This document shows, piece by piece, positions 47,988 through 48,481 of a DNA stretch of 48,481 nucleotides. Numbering within the stretch: position 1 is the stretch's first letter; each line of letters begins with the position of its first letter. Source of the stretch: Lachnospiraceae bacterium (lineage in GTDB: Bacteria; Bacillota_I; Bacilli_A; RFN20; CAG-826); contig CAVKZU010000108.1 of assembly GCA_963660725.1 (NCBI GenBank), positions 1 to 48,481 of the forward strand, read 5' to 3'. The translations under genes and the position numbers were made by a program. The notes beneath the pieces are model-generated. The model was given only the letters and a program-made list of their open reading frames with translations. It had not been told where the DNA came from and searched no databases.

Positions 47988-48480
47988 AATAATAATATTC
48001 ATAATTTGCATTTTTTTCTAAAATTACAATTAATTTATTATCGTTAATATAATAATCAGTTAAATCGATAAGATTATTAAATTTTAAAGTAGTAGGAGGA
48101 AGTTGTTGGAAAGACATCATTTTTGAGAACATTTTGCTCATTGATGATTTCTTTTCTTCATCTTTCTTCTTTTTTTGTTCAAAAAAATCTGTAGTAGATT
48201 CGAGAGTTTCAATATAAATATTAGTAATTAAAGGTGTAGTTATTAATAAATTAATATCTTTAGAGTAAATCTCTTTTGGAGATAATTTTCCTAAATAATT
48301 TGGATTATCTTTAAAATTATTATTAAATTCATCAAATAATGGATCATTTATCCTAGGGAATGTTAAAAGAGCAAATTTTAAATCTTCATTTTTCTTACTA
48401 AATAAAGGGAAAACTTTATTAATTTTTTCAGTTAATGATAAAGATTCGTTGTTTTTATCTAATAAGATAATTCTCTTATT
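47950..48480 (-). CDS. Hypothetical protein, C-terminal ~176 aa (5' end outside the window)
   Basis: The minus-strand frame is open from the window edge to the stop at 47950 by manual translation (NKRIILLDKNNESL...FFEQKKKKDEEKKSSMSKMF...LVELLRK). The track lists only the last 63 aa. No motif recognised. Confidence 0.6.
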   Translation of the reverse strand, partial: NKRIILLDKNNESLSLTEKINKVFPLFSKKNEDLKFALLTFPRINDPLFDEFNNNFKDNPNYLGKLSPKEIYSKDINLLITTPLITNIYIETLESTTDFFEQKKKKDEEKKSSMSKMFSKMMSFQQLPPTTLKFNNLIDLTDYYINDNKLIVILEKNANYEYYYSKLTYLVELLRK

Positions 48481-48481
48481 A

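Overview
The window is 48.5 kb of very AT-rich chromosome. It looks like Bacillota/Mycoplasmatota (Acholeplasma- or Erysipelotrichia-like). It uses the standard genetic code: Trp is TGG and TGA terminates genes. The window starts in the origin-proximal cluster (recF 3' end, gyrB, gyrA) and most genes are co-oriented on the + strand. Most of the content is housekeeping: serS, SRP RNA, tadA, mscL, degV, pmbA/tldD, rpmE, metG, an RlmCD-type methyltransferase, pepC, pcp, a complete atpIBEFHAGDC operon and a three-gene sugar ABC importer. I found no rRNA, tRNA, CRISPR array, transposase or integrase. I cannot support a clear multi-gene system of a new kind. Four accessory spots are the best candidates for a second look. 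(1) A translationally coupled HTH-MNT / HEPN (MntA-HepT-like) pair at 34407-35205, in which both partners seem to have lost their catalytic residues, preceded by a 12-bp perfect inverted repeat. (2) An XRE regulator plus a metallophosphoesterase fused to an unrecognised ~240-aa domain at 25121-26862; both genes have a TTGTA-N5-TACAA palindrome over their promoter. (3) A CydDC-like ABC exporter operon at 28037-31798 whose second subunit is split by a frameshift although its ATPase motifs are intact. It is coupled to a YgbA-like Cys-rich protein and preceded by a 16-bp perfect palindrome. (4) Several unusual domain architectures or degenerate motifs: an ABC permease with a ~250-aa K/E-rich N-terminal extension, a P-type ATPase with IPSGM where P2-type pumps have PEGL, and an S2P-like protein that lacks the first His of HExxH. 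All functional calls come from motifs read by eye; no database search was run.
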